Assembly: GCA_020137815.1 (NCBI GenBank)
Contig: CM035352.1
Coordinates: 4,898,001-4,962,000, forward strand
DNA: 64,000 nucleotides
Direction: 5' to 3'
From: Hormiphora californensis
Taxonomy: Eukaryota; Animalia; Ctenophora
In this document: positions 63,101 through 64,000 of the stretch, piece after piece
Layout of the letters: each line of letters opens with the position of its first letter
How positions within the stretch are numbered: the stretch's first letter is position 1
Made by a program: the position numbers and the translations under genes
The notes under the pieces: generated by a model
Database searches by the model: none
Seen by the model: only the letters and a program-made list of their open reading frames with translations
Told to the model about the DNA's origin: nothing

Positions 63101-63873
63101 GTAGGTGCATGTTCAGTTTTGTAGACTTGTAGACTCATAGCTGCAAGTTAGTGGGCAATGAAGACTGTTTAGTTAGAAAAGGTAGACGGTGAGCCAATTC
63201 AGTAAATCGACTCCGGGCCTTTGAAACATATTTTGATAACTTTATTTTGTATGTTCAAAATATTAAATCATGGCCGCCCGACCGGTATAGGAAAATAAGG
63301 TCTAGGCGAATTATAGTAACCATTTAATTGCTCAAAGTTACCTTTGGCTCCAATTTGGTTAGTGTCCGGTGTCGGGCATAATAATGGATAAAAGGAATAC
63401 GAGAGAGATCAAATCAGCTCATAAAAAACACAATTTAGCATATACTGGGTGTGATTCGGGGTAGACTTGGATCATGAAGACTGGAACCATATGGGACAGA
63501 GTGCGGCGTCTTCTTTCTTGGGGCTTTGTTTTCTTCTTTATTTGTTCTCTCTCTTTCTCTCTCCCCACTGCCTCGATTATTCTGAAAATCAAATGTACCC
63601 CACCCTGTTACGCTACCTGGTCTTTTTACTAGCACCCTTGGAGTCTGAGAACTTAGGAAGCGAGAGGGAGAGAGTGATGGAGTGAAAGAGAGAGATGGGG
63701 TGAGAGAGATAGTAAAAAAGTGATGTACTGTGTTTCATTTTGCCGAGATTCAACTTCCAATTGCCTGAAAATAGCTACCTGTTGATAGTATAACTCATCT
63801 CTATGTTATAGACGACGATATAAAATTCAATGGTACTGATAAACAGTCTTGTTTATGTCTCTGTTTCGATCTA

Positions 63874-64000
<127 letters not shown>

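Noticed and set aside
62845-63138. Minus-strand 97-aa ORF
   Set aside because: The plus strand carries a phase-compatible exon (62984-63100) that completes the TSP1 domain.

Overview
Eukaryotic (animal) genomic DNA with compact GT-AG intron genes, (CT)n/(GA)n microsatellites, one 100-N gap and many palindromic non-autonomous transposons. The GPCR motifs and repeat families resemble ctenophore (Pleurobrachia-like) sequence, but this is recognition only and unverified. Genes in order: a GT8/GLT8D-like protein lacking its DxD motif; a CCDC181-like ciliary protein with a long PAPTPAAAQ repeat; an EcKL/choline-kinase-like gene; a sushi-containing gene fragment; a divergent IP3-receptor-like gene cut by the gap; an intronless rhodopsin-class GPCR; a secreted/GPI-type orphan; a same-strand run of POLR1C, NUP54, spinster (SPNS) and a PH-domain Eph-like tyrosine kinase; and a secreted TSP1-repeat gene. 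Mobile DNA includes an intact L2-group LINE nested in a MITE, two LINE 3' relics, a mini-Helitron, and Tc1/mariner-, Chapaev-, Academ-, hAT- and Harbinger-like MITEs. Best leads: (1) the POLR1C-NUP54 junction, where a 154-nt spacer suggests trans-spliced operon structure or an in-frame spliced fusion; (2) a LINE ORF2 that appears to need a -1 frameshift; (3) a PH + Eph-type kinase with no transmembrane segment; (4) a Helitron carrying a canonical RFX X-box; (5) a hairpin array with conserved tandem GA mismatches. Several single-base frameshifts in homopolymers suggest consensus errors, so exon boundaries are hand-read estimates.
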